In this document: one piece after another, positions 37,837 through 49,853 of the stretch
Numbering within the stretch: the first letter of the stretch is position 1
How the letters are laid out: each line of letters begins with the position of its first letter
Source: Daphnia carinata
Lineage: Eukaryota
Length of the DNA: 64,000 nucleotides
Assembly (NCBI RefSeq): GCF_022539665.2
Contig: NC_081331.1
Coordinates: 7,688,001 to 7,752,000 of the forward strand
Direction of reading: 5' to 3'
Program-made: the position numbers and the translations under genes
Notes under the pieces: model-generated
What the model was told of the DNA's origin: nothing
Seen by the model: only the letters and a program-made list of their open reading frames with translations
Database searches by the model: none

Positions 37837-38502
37837 CTTGAAGCCGGTGTAACTCGGGCTACTTCCTCCTTCTCCTTTGAGGCATGGCGGCCAGAAGTAG
37901 ATGTTTCACCCTTATTGGAAGCAGTGGGTTGAAGGAAGAAGATGTCTTTGGAAACTCGGCTGTACCTGCTGAAAGCGGTTAAGTTGTTAAATTTACCACC
38001 TTCCCTCTGGGGTGTTGCGGAACAAGCTTGGCTGATGTGGACCGGTCAACAGTCTCTCCAGACCCTCCGTGCTTCTCTTCGCTTGCTCTTCTTCTGCACG
38101 ACCTGAATTTGTGAACTGGAGGTGGAGTCCTCTACAGTACTCAGTTAAGGCGGAGAAGAATAGCAGGCTAATGGAAGAATATGGATAATTGTCAATACGG
38201 GAAACCCTCCAAAAAAGGAAAATAAACAAATGCCAGCTACACGTGGCAAGGAATGCAGATTATCAGAGAAAAGAAAAAAAGGGGGAATTTCAATCACTAC
38301 CGAGCACACGACGCAAAAAGTGTAGCTTTCTACAAGTGAAATTAAATTGCAAGGAAAACAAAATTTCGTCTTCATCTGCTATGTACAGTACGTACTTGCA
38401 TAGAAGAAAAAGTGGCGAAAATGAAACTCTTTCCACAGTTCTACTACAAAATACAATGGCTTAAACTAAGAAGAATATAACTTAATATTAAGCATAATTT
38501 AA

Positions 38503-38516
38503 GGTTCGAAGGACCA
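38503..38516 (-). promoter_or_regulatory. Primer-binding site, tRNA-Tyr-like
   Basis: TGGTCCTTCGAACC immediately after the LTR-terminal CA. Confidence 0.75.
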
Positions 38517-39764
38517 TGAAGGGAATACTTTGCCTTGAATAATTCGAAGAAAGTTTTGTATGAACACAGTTTGGGAAAAGCCGTGTTCATAAGTGTCCGA
38601 CACTAGAAGAATGTACGGATTTTGTATTATGTTTTGTTAGAAAGCGCGCTAGCGCATTACTTCTGGCGGAAGAATCCGCGCAGATGCGAGTTAATTTTAA
38701 AGTTTATCTTCGCTATAACCTTTATAGGGTTTCAGCTAATTTTCTGTGTGGTGCCACGGTTATTGCCGCGGGCACACACTTCCAAAGCGGGCAAAAGACG
38801 AGCACAAATAAGAAAAATGAATTACTTGCAAAAGGTGCAGTGGCGACTCCGGGGTAGATCGGCAGCAACGGCGACAGCTAAGGCGGACAAGACTCCGATG
38901 GACGGCACAGCTCAACAGGATTCGATCCCAGCCGGGCAGACAATGACGGCCAGAAGCGACGGGCAGCAATAGAGCAAGCAAGTGATACAAGAGGTAAATG
39001 TAAAGGGTGATTTACCAGCAGGAATGAAGATCCGACTTCTGGAGCTTCGGTGAAAGATTGTGTGTCTTGAACCAGCTGAAACCGGCCTTTATATACCCAA
39101 TTTACAAAAAAGCCATAGACTTATGTATACGATATACAGATATAACTTTTAACGCTAGAACAGATGTCGCCATCGATCTTCCTTCTTTTGGCCGCAGGAT
39201 GCATCTGCCCCTCTGAACTCCTTCTCCCTTAACCAATGCTTGGTTGGTCTCTCCTCCGGCTACATCCTCCTTTCTCTGGGCTAAAACCGGCAACGGTCAC
39301 GATGGACTTATTATTCAGTTTTAATATTTCACGATATAGACCGCTCTAAATAGATGTAGGAACAGCCAGCACATGTCAATATCCTTCTGAGAAAATGCTC
39401 TCCGGACTAATCCTGTCAAGTTTCGTTACGTTCTAGCCAATGCCGTCGACCGGTATGTTTTCATCAATCCCCCAGGAACTCTTGGCTAGTTCCTGCCTTG
39501 TGTTGGACTTACCTCGTCTACCGTCTCATCGAAGCCCGAGAGACCGGGCTTCTATTGCCTTCTTGTTTATACCTCCACTGTCCGTTGTCCTACTGTGTCG
39601 GACGCTGGAATTTCCGAAACATGGGAGACAGTGGTTTTTCCTTGTAGTTAGCTGTGTGGAATTTATTTCTCGACTTTGTCCGTTCCCTCTCCCACGAGGC
39701 GGCTGACAGGCCTATGACGATGAATAACTACAAAAGAAAGCGGAAATGTATTACATTCCCAACA
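38517..39764 (-). repeat. 5' LTR of the large BEL/Pao element
   Basis: TG...CA ends, directly followed by a PBS. Its 5' portion resembles 7234-6990 (TAGGCCT..., GTCGAGAAA, ACTACAA.GAAAAACCA.TGTCTCC). Confidence 0.75.
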
Positions 39765-39929
39765 GTCACAGTGCTCTCGCTCAAATTATTATTGAAAACT
39801 TATTTTGTTCAAAAAACCCACGAATGATCCGAAAAATCAACTTGTAAACGGCTAAACCCCGTCATCACAGAATACAGCGGATATCGTAGTAGCCTACAGA
39901 GACAAAACTTTAAAAGAAAACTCATATAG

Positions 39930-40760
39930 TTATTCTAGTGTCATGTTTTGAACCAATAATAGGAAATAATTTACTAAACAATTTTGAGCCATTCATTTCA
40001 ACCACGAATCAGAAAAATCATCGTTTACGGCGGGGAAATCACCTCTTACAAACATTTCTCCTCTACAGACAGAAGAAGCCAAATATAGTATATTGGCTTA
40101 AAAAGATCATCAAGACATACTACTATGTGCGATTAACCAGATTCCAGCAATTATTTTCAACAAGATGGGAGGTTCATGCATCGTGACATCATCAGTTCAC
40201 TTTTTCAACTATTAATCTATCTATCAGCCACGCTCTCGTACAAACCTATTGCTAACCTCAAGAACATTACGGTTGCCAACCTGTCTCCGGAAACGGTTTG
40301 AGTAGAAAAAGGAGTGACCCTGGGAATCCTGAAAAAAACCAGAACCAAAGAAACAGAGGGAATTCTAGAAATTAATGGATGGATGTTTCGTTAAACGAAT
40401 AGAGAAAAAAGAGTTGCAACAGACGTTACAACAGAAAATACAAAAAAATCCTCAAAAAATTTATCCGTAGTTTTGTACTGGACTATCATTTGGAATACTC
40501 TTCAGTAGCCAAACACGACATTAATACAGGAAATGTTCCAATATTCCACCAGCTCTTTTACAAGCGTGCATAGAAAGAATGAACCGTAATGCAAAATCAA
40601 CTAGAAGGAAAAACGCACCGAGGTGCAATTGAACGTTCTGGCAGTCCTTGGTCCTCTCCTGTGGGATAAGTGAAGAAAAAAGATGGCACTTAAATTTTTC
40701 TCAAGCATAGATTTGCAATCAGGATACCACTAAGTTCTATATGATATCCGTGATACTCAC
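39930..40760 (+). pseudogene. Heavily decayed Gypsy protease-RT fragment
   Basis: KHDINTGNVPIFHQ...IERSGSPWSSPV...KKKDGT recognisable near 40510-40690; many stops. Confidence 0.6.
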
Positions 40761-43269
40761 TCAATTACAGAACAAAAAGTGTCGTGCACTAGTGTAGTAT
40801 TTTTAAGTTCATATGTTTTGTGTGGGGCTGCAAAGTGGCGGTTTTCCCTATGCTTTGTTTGCCAAACCTGACACATTTCACTGGAACCTCCTGTACATGT
40901 TGCTTTGAGATGTAGAAAAAAATCTGCCGCGTCTTGATGGAACTGTCGATTTCTTTTTCTAAAACTGAGGTTCTGAAACTTTTTTTCTTTTGATATTTTT
41001 TTAGTTGACCATACTTACAAATAAAATCGACAAGCTAACTAATATAACCTTTAACTTGGTTCAATGTATTCTTGAAGTATACCAGTATATATACAACATT
41101 CTTTAATTAGCGGACTTGCTGTTTGCCTGATTTAAGCCCTGGCATCAAGTTCTTTTTCAAACAATAAATGAATCGTTTCAACATTATTCGATTCAGTGAA
41201 TGACCCTCCCAAGACAGGTTACCTATGAAGTTGATGGCCTATGACCAAGAGCCAGTTGGTAAGCAGCACGCCTTACTGGTAACAAGTAAGGTCTAGCCTA
41301 GTAATAGGCTAGATGCGTTTTTCATATTTATCGTCTGCCACGTCTGACTGGTATCTCTGAGTGTGTCTACGACTCCTTTCTATTCGCTCTTCCATTCCGT
41401 AATAATATTGAAGATTTAAAAGTGTTGATTGAGCGTAAAACCTTTGTTAGCAATAAAACGTGATTCATAAGAAGGCTATAAATAGTCTTACGTTGAGGTA
41501 TAGCGACCAACGCCCACCTCCATTATGTCGGAAACTTGTAATGTGACGTCATACAACCAATCCAGCGGTTCTATGTCAGTTAATGTTTTGTATTAATTAC
41601 CAATGGGGTTTTAATAATTACAGTAGTCAGGGGGACTACCGTAGGGTCTAGGAACAGTGTTTAGAAATTTGAAATAGCAATCCTCATCCTAAAGAACATG
41701 AAAAAATATTACCTGAAATAGTGACTCTATAACAACCGTTGAAAAACTGTTTTTAAAATGCATCAATAGAAGTTCGAATAATGACAAGAATGAATTGACC
41801 TTCCATCTATTTTGAGGGCTGAAAGTAGACGTTTCCCAGATTGCACAGTTCTGCCTTTAAGACGTGATTTGTCCTAGTTTTCGGAAATGTGCCTAATTCA
41901 TTAAACATCCCAGAAGAGGCCGATAGGTAATTAAATCTGGTTTTGATGACCACCAAACTAGGGATAGAAGGGGGATCTCTGTTCGTCTTTTGCGCGGTCT
42001 TCGGGTAGCCTATGAGCCTAATGACGAGTTATTATTGTTCCAACATCCGTCTTTTAGCAGCGCTTATAGTCCCAAACAGGGTTTATGATTACGGGACAAT
42101 AATTGACCTCTTGTCTTATGGATATTTTGTTTCATCACCCTTCGTCAAAATGAAATAAAAATGCAGTCAGAGTAAAAAACGATATTTTTGTTTATTTCCT
42201 CTGGATTATTGTTTTGTGGAACAAATGAACGGAAGGTAGAGGGAACGAAAATGGAGATGGTTTCCTTTGTCGGATGATGCTATATTATGACATACGACTT
42301 GCACTCTTCTTCTTTTTTGCCTAGAGCCGACGACGCTTGCAGTGTCAAAGGCCATTCCAGTTTACTTGCGAGCACTTAGACAAAATGTTTTTCTAACACT
42401 AACATAAATAAACTGCTTTTATGAGGCGAATGCGGTGCAATGACTGACTGAGTATAAGCACCAACGTTTCATTAGCCGGTTTGGACTATAAATATAGTAA
42501 AGCCTATTTTCATAAAAAGCGGAATCGACCTCAAGCTCGCAAAAAACAAGAGAAAGCCATTTAAAGGTGAGTCACAGTCGATGGGTATTTTGATTTAAAA
42601 CTAGAATTTTGGCACAATCAAAGCCGTTTGTTTCACAGCATTTGGAACTGCGCAAGGCCGTGAAGAATGTCTTAGTTTGGCCCAATACAGTTTCTTATAA
42701 AGCTGTCTTTTTCCGGATTTACGTTATGGTTTTTTGCCGGTACGATTTTTTTCGTGTAGTGTTCAATTTTGTTTGACGTTGTCTCGAGGGGTCAAGTGTC
42801 GCAGTACAGGGTTGTGTGGCGTAGCTTCGTGGTACGCCCTAACGACCCGCCGTTGCGCCATTTTCTTTTCATTTCCGCTGTTATGTTTTAAATAATTAGT
42901 AATAGAGAAGTAAAAGAAAGTGAAAGAGGTCAATGAAGGAAGTGTAGTTAATTTCGTGTGTTCAAAGTAACTGTGACATAATTTATAGCAGTGCGCTTCT
43001 TTTTCAGACATTATAGTCAGTAGGGGGAAGTGGGGTGAACCGGGACAGTGAGTGAAGTATGATAGTTGGAGGAAAAATAGTTAATATTGATTTAAAATTT
43101 CAAATAAGTTATATAGTATTTGTATACATGTTTCCATTCGAATCTTCATTTTCAGATTCGGCGGACAGTGGTGTCTGACTGCCCACTTAGACTGTTTCCA
43201 CCTTGGGTTGAATTCAGCAGAGCTCGTGGATGTCGACCATCTGCGTCACAGGTTGCTAAATAAATGCTC

Positions 43270-44580
43270 TAAGTTTCTTCATCAAGCCGAAATCCCTGTT
43301 TTTAGATTGCGTCCCATCCAAATAAACAGTTCTCAGAAACACCATATGCTACAATAATTCTTGTCAAAACTGACTGTCCATATCGTACAGGGATGTAACG
43401 CTTCTGAGCGTATGTAAATTCTCTTCCCCTACATCCCATAAATCAAGTCGTGATTGTAGATCAGGGGCAACCTTTTAAATAATTTCGAGAACAATACTCT
43501 TAGAAGCGCCCATATTAAATAATGCTTGAAACGGGATCCGAAATATCCTTAGTGAAAGTACTGGAACCGATTCATTCATTTTTGCTAATGTTTTTTTTAC
43601 TTGTCGGGATTTAAACTGAGGCTCGTAATCAATTGACCCGAAGTTACAGTTGATACCTTTTGGTTTCCCTGACGCTGAGGGGGACCTTTAATATTAGGGA
43701 TATAACAATTTCTGAACAAAATACAATTAGACTTATGGCCAATTTCACGACGGAAATAAGAGATTGGAGGCTGAAACTGTTCCAAATTACGATGTCGGAA
43801 TTGACGGCAAACAGCCTTAGCGATATCCATAAGAATTAAAAGCTGGGTAGTCCTATATAATTAGAATCATTAACCGGTCTTGAGGAAGAAGGTTGGAGTG
43901 TTATGGGCCTATTCAAAATCTATCTAATTGGTAAGAATTTATGTTACTTTTGAAGCGCGGAGGTGACGTCTCCAATTTTGGTCCCAAATGACGTATTTCA
44001 TTTGAAAGGAAACCTGTTTTCTATACGGGACGCCTGTTGAAAAAGATACATAATCTATTTTATGAAGTTGAAGGTGTTTTACCGCCTGTGGAAGTTCACG
44101 AAGAACATCCATAATGTCATCCTTTTCCGATTTTATATTTACTTCCATAACGAATATTGGCAACGGCATTACTTACCATCTCTTTCTGATCAATTAACAT
44201 TTGTTTATTTTTTTTTTATTCCGTATTTTTGGTATCGTATGACTCGTATATCGTCCTAACGAACTCATGTATTTGACAGTCTGTCTATAAAGTTTCTAGA
44301 CGAACGGCATATACGCTTGTCGATGCAATAATTTGGTTGATATCTTTAAATTCCTTCTATCGGACGGACCCGAATCACCCAATTATTTTTTGCATAAGAA
44401 CAAGGAAAAAGATTTTTTTGTATAGCCTGCAGGATATGCCCTTTTAAAAATGTTCTCTAAATGATGAGCATAATCTATCATTTTTCAAATCTATTTTTTA
44501 AGTCAACATTATCATCTCCGTGGAAGTGATGGAGTAATTTTCTAATGGAGGCATGTTCATATGGATGTTTACCGCGATGG
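43270..44580 (-). pseudogene. Decayed gag/protease of a relative of the 48927-61937 element
   Basis: PYRKQVSFQ, GPPQRQGNQ and the conserved CAGGGAAACC slippery context; FQALFNMGASKSII parallels LQALFDTGAAKSII at ~52780. Confidence 0.8.
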
Positions 44581-45267
44581 TTTGGATAACTCAACAGCTT
44601 TAGCTGTTGTTTTACTCGCACTCTTCTGAGCATCCTGACCCATCTACTATACTGTCGCGTCGTCGAAATTCAACTCGTCATCGCGACCCCCCCCCCCAAC
44701 CAGCAGCGGCAGGATTGGTTGAAGATCCTCACCTCTTTATGGTTATTCTCTTGAGCGTCACTCATTCGCGGGAAGTAAATGGAGCGAACTTGACTTCTCT
44801 AGGGGACAGTTAGTTAGTCAGATGTGTTTTGATCCGCTCTCATCATGTATCGTATAATCTTATCAATTAACTCTTTAACCCGGAACGCCGCTTATCGCTC
44901 TCTCACTGAAGGAGGGTAGCAACACGTTAAAATACTTTAAAAGATTTGACCCAAGAGTCAAAGCGAAATTGGGAATCCAGAAAAAGAAGAAGTTGTAAAC
45001 GAGATAAGATGTGCCGGTTGTTTTGGAAATTATTGAAATCAGTAACAGTGGCTGCTCTGGGGGGGGGGGGGGGGGACGACAGTAAGCCATATTATAGGTC
45101 GGATACGCAAGGAGGCATTTTAGGGCTCCTTTTTGTTGATTCTGAGCGAGTCCTAAAATATGATTCTGAATTGGTCAGAATTCGTCAATGTTTCTATCGT
45201 TTCATTGGTCTGGCGGTTTCCTAACCTCGTTCGTCTTGGGTGTCGCCTGTTTCTCGACAGGGCATGA

Positions 45268-48108
45268 GGATTGGCGGAGAAAAAGGCCCAGACGAAAAAG
45301 GCCCAGACGAAAAAGGCCCGCGAAAAAGGCCCAGACGAAAAAGGCCCATACGAAAAAGGCCCACTTTTTTCCAAATTTAAAAGTAGCCTTTTTCTCCATT
45401 GGACTGGGCCTTTTTCTCCGCTCAATTTCCATGTTCCTACAAACTTTATGTTTGTTTCCAAAATTGTATTTCCCGCCTCCTATTCCGTGGAATTTGGAAT
45501 GTACAAAGGTTGCTGAAACCGTGATATTCTATAAGGTTTGCAGAGATCAACAATGTTAGCGTTTGTACGCTAGTTAATCTTTGATTATTTATTCGGTTGT
45601 AATCTAATTTCGGATTATATTAGTATTTATCTATTGCTTATATCCCGTTTCATAAGGTTCATTTTTCACAATTTTTGTTTTTTGAACAACTATCGCTTCT
45701 TGAAATGTAATAGAAGAAATACATGTTTTCCGCACATAGCCTTGTTCTGTCCACCCTCTTTGATCATTCCTCCCAACCCCCAGTCCATATCCCTTATCAC
45801 TTCCCTTTGTCGATGCTTATGCCATAGGTAAAGACCACTGATTCATTGTGAATACGGTAACTGAATGAGTTCCGCGGGGCTTTTGTGGTTGCTGGGAACA
45901 ATGATATGTTACCACGAAGACTAGTTTATTATTATTACCATTTGATAAATAATGTTTATAGGAATAATATTACAAACTTAAACTATTGTCTGAGGCAAGG
46001 ACCAAAACAAAGACTATTGTAATTCAATATTGATTCTAATACCATATATTCCTTATACATTTTCAATTCTTTTAACAATTACAAAGAGCCCAATAAATAT
46101 ATTAAAATCATAACCTACTGCTATAAATGATTTTATTCGTTCTTCGTGTCCTGTTTTCACCTTTTGCACATTTTCAAGCAGCTATTGATTACCTAATTAC
46201 ACATCACATACTACATTGAGATATAAGGAAGCTTTACACTTTACGTTAACAAAGCTACTAATAATGACAAATCAATTTTCTACCACGACGGACTTTTTTT
46301 AAAATGAGTCTTTTATCTTTAGTTTATTCTTTTATGTTCTTTCTTTTCAGTTTTCTTTTCTTAATGCTGGCTTTTCTCTTTTTCTGTTGTTATTCCTTTC
46401 TCTTTTCCTTTTCTTCGATTCGTTCAGCCCAATTTATGTTACTTTATAATTTGATCTCGTTCATTAATTGATTTGGCAAGCAATTCCACAGTCTTTTTCC
46501 TATTGCAATACAGAAAGGTTAAAAGTTTTGAAGATCTTACAAATATTTTTGTCAAATTGAAGGTTTACCTGAAAACCTTCAGCTATTTGCAGAGCACCAT
46601 TTCATTCCTGTTTCTCTTCAATGCTTCTTGCATTCTCAACTTCAGCTTGGCCTATCAAGATTTTCACTTTTGGTGTAAGCTTTATTTTCTTCATTTGAAT
46701 CGTTGCCACTTCTGGATCTAAAGTGGTCTTTTTCAGAATGGGTGAAGAATTAGATAGTTATCCAAAATCAAATTTGCTGAATACTAGGCATTCTTCACTG
46801 TTGAAAATTGGTGTTAGCGGTGTACTTGTTGGTCTTGGTTCAGGAATACCTGTTTTGACAAACTCTGTGGGATCAGAGGTTGATGACACTGATGCTGCCT
46901 CGGTGGCTTGTGCAAGTTTGGCAATTCAGGACCACTTCTTGTTATTTTTCTTTTTTAATTTCTTCTTCTTCAATTTTTCTAACTCCTTTTAAGTTTGATT
47001 TTCATTGTCCTATCAGACAAATCCAGCCTTTTCCCTGAAAATAGATGGAATAAGCTGGCCCGTCTTCCTTAAACCTAAATGTTAGCACATACCTGTTAAG
47101 TGTGAGGTGTTAGCTGCTAGACATTCTTCCAGTTCAACACCAACCTAATTGCTATTGAGATCGCCAACTGTAGATACATTTTCAGTTGGAATGTTGGTCA
47201 ATAAGCTAGAAATGAAAAAGTCTTGTTGCTGCTTTTTTTAGTTGCTTTTTAAGAGCGACGATGTCAATGGACCCTCGCGTTTAATAAGGCTCTTGATTTT
47301 TTGGGTCCTCATTTCCTAAAAATTTTTTTAGACGTCACTTTCAAGTTCTTGTTTTCTCTTTTTCCATTTACAAAAACTGCCTCTCTTATTATAACCTTTA
47401 AACTTTATTATTATTTACCTTGATCTCTCAACACTATCACTGATCACTCCATAGATCAAACTATACGAAACAAGTCTATTGTTATTTTCTTTAGGGAACG
47501 GCATTTTCGAGCCAAATCTAGCGTCAAGACGCCACAAACAATGGCGGACAGTGGAAAGCTGTTAGTAAAGCCCAAGTAGTGACCAAAACTTCCACTTGAG
47601 GGCAGTATCAGCAGAGTAAGTATCCCAAAAATCGTATGAATAGTAGTACAAAAAACAAACGTAGTAAAATAAACTGTTAAGATTTTCTATTGAAATTTTT
47701 AAAAAATTTTAATTCTTAAATAACAAATTCAACAAAATTTAGTTCCTTTGTTATTGTTTATGGTTTCCATCTATCGGTGTAGTATGCGAATTCCATTGAT
47801 AGCTATCTGTTATTGTCTGCTAGCATCGTCATCATGGCTTTCCATAATTGCATCAATAAATGGGGAAATTATTGAAGTCTTACAATTTATTTTGCTTTCA
47901 ATATGATTGAGAAGAAGATTTTTTCATGGGAATTCCCTAGGAAGCGTTAATCATAAGGTATGTGTCTCCTCACATCTATTCATATCAATACTGAAAAGAA
48001 TTTATTTTGTTGAGTATCCTTTTTCGTATGGGCCTTTTTCGTCTGGGCCTTTTTCGCGGGCCTTTTTCGTCTGGGCCTTTTTCGTCTGGGCCTTTTTCTC
48101 CGACCTCC
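45268..48108. mobile_element. Non-autonomous foldback/Mutator-like TIR element
   Basis: TIRs made of ~15-bp tandem units GAAAAAGGCCCAGAC (45274-45364 and 48018-48102, inverted). Flanking direct repeat GGCATGAGGA at 45261-45270 and 48109-48118; exact TSD length is ambiguous. Confidence 0.85.
46280..47400 (-). pseudogene. SURF6: Decayed surfeit locus protein 6 copy with introns inside the TIR element
   Basis: My minus-strand translation gives LVFSKFDF (~46790), E*NGALQIAEGFQ followed by a GT..AG intron, VELLAKSI and WAERIEEKEKRKE*QQKKRKASIKKRK, in the order of SURF6 motifs as I recall them. Confidence 0.7.
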
Positions 48109-48958
48109 GGCATGAGGACAGTGCTACTCTCCGTCACAAGTACCTAGAGGTTTCGACAGACGTGCCTCAAAAAACGTTAAACCTACCCTAACATACGTAA
48201 CCCTGCAGAAAATGGAAAAACATCTCCCGTCAAAGCTAGCACGGCATATGTACCCAATAAAAAATTAACCCCCCCCCCGTCACATCTACCCTATTAAAAA
48301 TATACTACAATTACAACCGCCGTATGAACCCTTTTGTTTTGTTAAGAACAGACATACCTACCCGTTGGTTTAAAACTGATCGACACACCTACCTCTTCGA
48401 TTAACACAGTGTAACATACCTACCTCTCCGGTGGAAATTGAACAACACACCAATCCCTTCAATTAATACAGACCGACATACCTACCGATCAGCTTGCAAC
48501 CGAACACTTTGTTGCAAGCTGATCGACACACCTACCCCTTCGTTTAGTTGAGCCCGACAAACCTACCCCTTCGTTTTAAAAAATCTTACTTACCTACGTT
48601 GATGTCCAGGTTACCGTCTCCATACTATTATTCGTTACCTTGAAATTACGAACGAAACTACTGATGCCTTTTGGTTCTTTTGGGAATTGTGGGCAGGAGA
48701 AATGATAGCCGACTTATGGGAGAAATCCTGGATATGTTTTTCTGTCGCAGAACGATAATAATTGTGTTGCCGCGGCTACCCTACAAGGGAAACTACAAAT
48801 AATAACTCAATTCTAACTTGTATAACCCTAAAAAAAACGAGTCGAAAGACCAGCCCTTTTTCTACAACTATAACTTTCTACCAACAATTCCGCTGTATTG
48901 TCTTTTGTTGTTTACTAGTTTGCATTTGTAACGAAGCCGGACATATTACTTTTACATA

Positions 48959-49467
48959 TTAATTTTAACGACAAACCTTATGCCTACCGTAACGAAACCT
49001 GGTTACCAATTGAAGCAAACATTGTGTTACCGGAACAGACGCTTGTGCATTCTTTTCGGTATGAAAATGTCGAATTCTTCGACTACGAACATCGAAGCAA
49101 CCCGGCATATACCGACAATATGCTAAATCATATGAACATTATGGCCGATGTAGCCGCCGCGATTAATGAACATCCTCCACCTGAATTTGCCTTACGCCAC
49201 AAATACAGTGCATCGAATGTCTTACTGACATCGGCTAGTGTCGGAACTTATACATCTTGGTGGGACACCATCACAAATTACTTCTTCATCGGCATATTAT
49301 GTCTCTTAGTGCTTCTCTTCTTACGCATATGTTACGCCTGCGGTCTTTTTACACTCATCTGGGCTGTATGCTGTCGCCCTTCCGATCATCCAAGACCTGT
49401 GGCTCCCGAATCGATTCCGATGCATCAACTCTGATTACGGGACGTAATCTCACGCCGCCGGGAGTGA
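48959..49467 (+). repeat. Duplicate of the env 3' end (60699-61207)
   Basis: Constant offset of 11740 bp; about five substitutions. Confidence 0.95.
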
Positions 49468-49819
49468 TGTAACGAAGCCGAACATATTACTTTAACTTTT
49501 TCTCGCTTTTGCTTCAGTAGTAAACGTAAGTCTGGACATGGCAATTGCAACACTATATACGCAGTGCAGCTGACCCAAATAAACACCTGCAGCTGACTCA
49601 CGCAGACGATACGCCCTCAACATCACGCCACATCAAACGGCATCGTTTAATTGGCTGCCGCGTGAATGCACTCCGCACAATCACGCCACTTTTGCAGTAT
49701 GCAAAGTTTCGTGATAAACCCAATCACAGCCGCCACTTCGTTTAAGCAATCTTCCCCGCCTTATTGAGTACTATTGTGCCTTGCTTAATGTTTCGTGATA
49801 ATCGATTCGAATCTGAACA
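49468..49819 (+). repeat. 5' LTR, shortened relative to the 3' LTR
   Basis: Near-identical to 61208 onward for ~250 bp, then deleted or rearranged; ends ACA before the PBS. Confidence 0.85.
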
Positions 49820-49822
49820 TTA

Positions 49823-49835
49823 TGGTGGCAGCGGT
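49823..49835 (+). promoter_or_regulatory. Primer-binding site, tRNA-Leu-like
   Basis: TGGTGGCAGCGGT. Confidence 0.8.
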
Positions 49836-49853
49836 TTCTCGAACTCTACCACA

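Larger units (their letters stand above)
6990..39764 (-). mobile_element. Large decayed BEL/Pao retrotransposon that hosts the nested insertions
   Basis: 5' LTR 38517-39764 with PBS. Gag KFDYLKVYLKGEA (32445-33857). Protease reads through VELASRGCWHGARL once the CTGG-flanked insert is removed. RT remnants 17350-18500, RNase H PLPKKKVTLPRSELL (~9400), integrase tail ...SLYPLEL (~7380). Purine tract, then a related LTR start TGTTGGGAAT at 7234. Many stops and frameshifts. Confidence 0.8.

Noticed and set aside
41040..42150. Possible decayed env or pol on the minus strand
   Set aside because: It looks formerly coding, but there are too many stops and no motif I can assign confidently.
45274..45364. 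15-bp repeat arrays as a CRISPR array, or the AFFVW/KKAQT ORFs as proteins
   Set aside because: No unique spacers. The arrays are inverted at 48018-48102 and form TIRs, so the ORFs are repeat artefacts.
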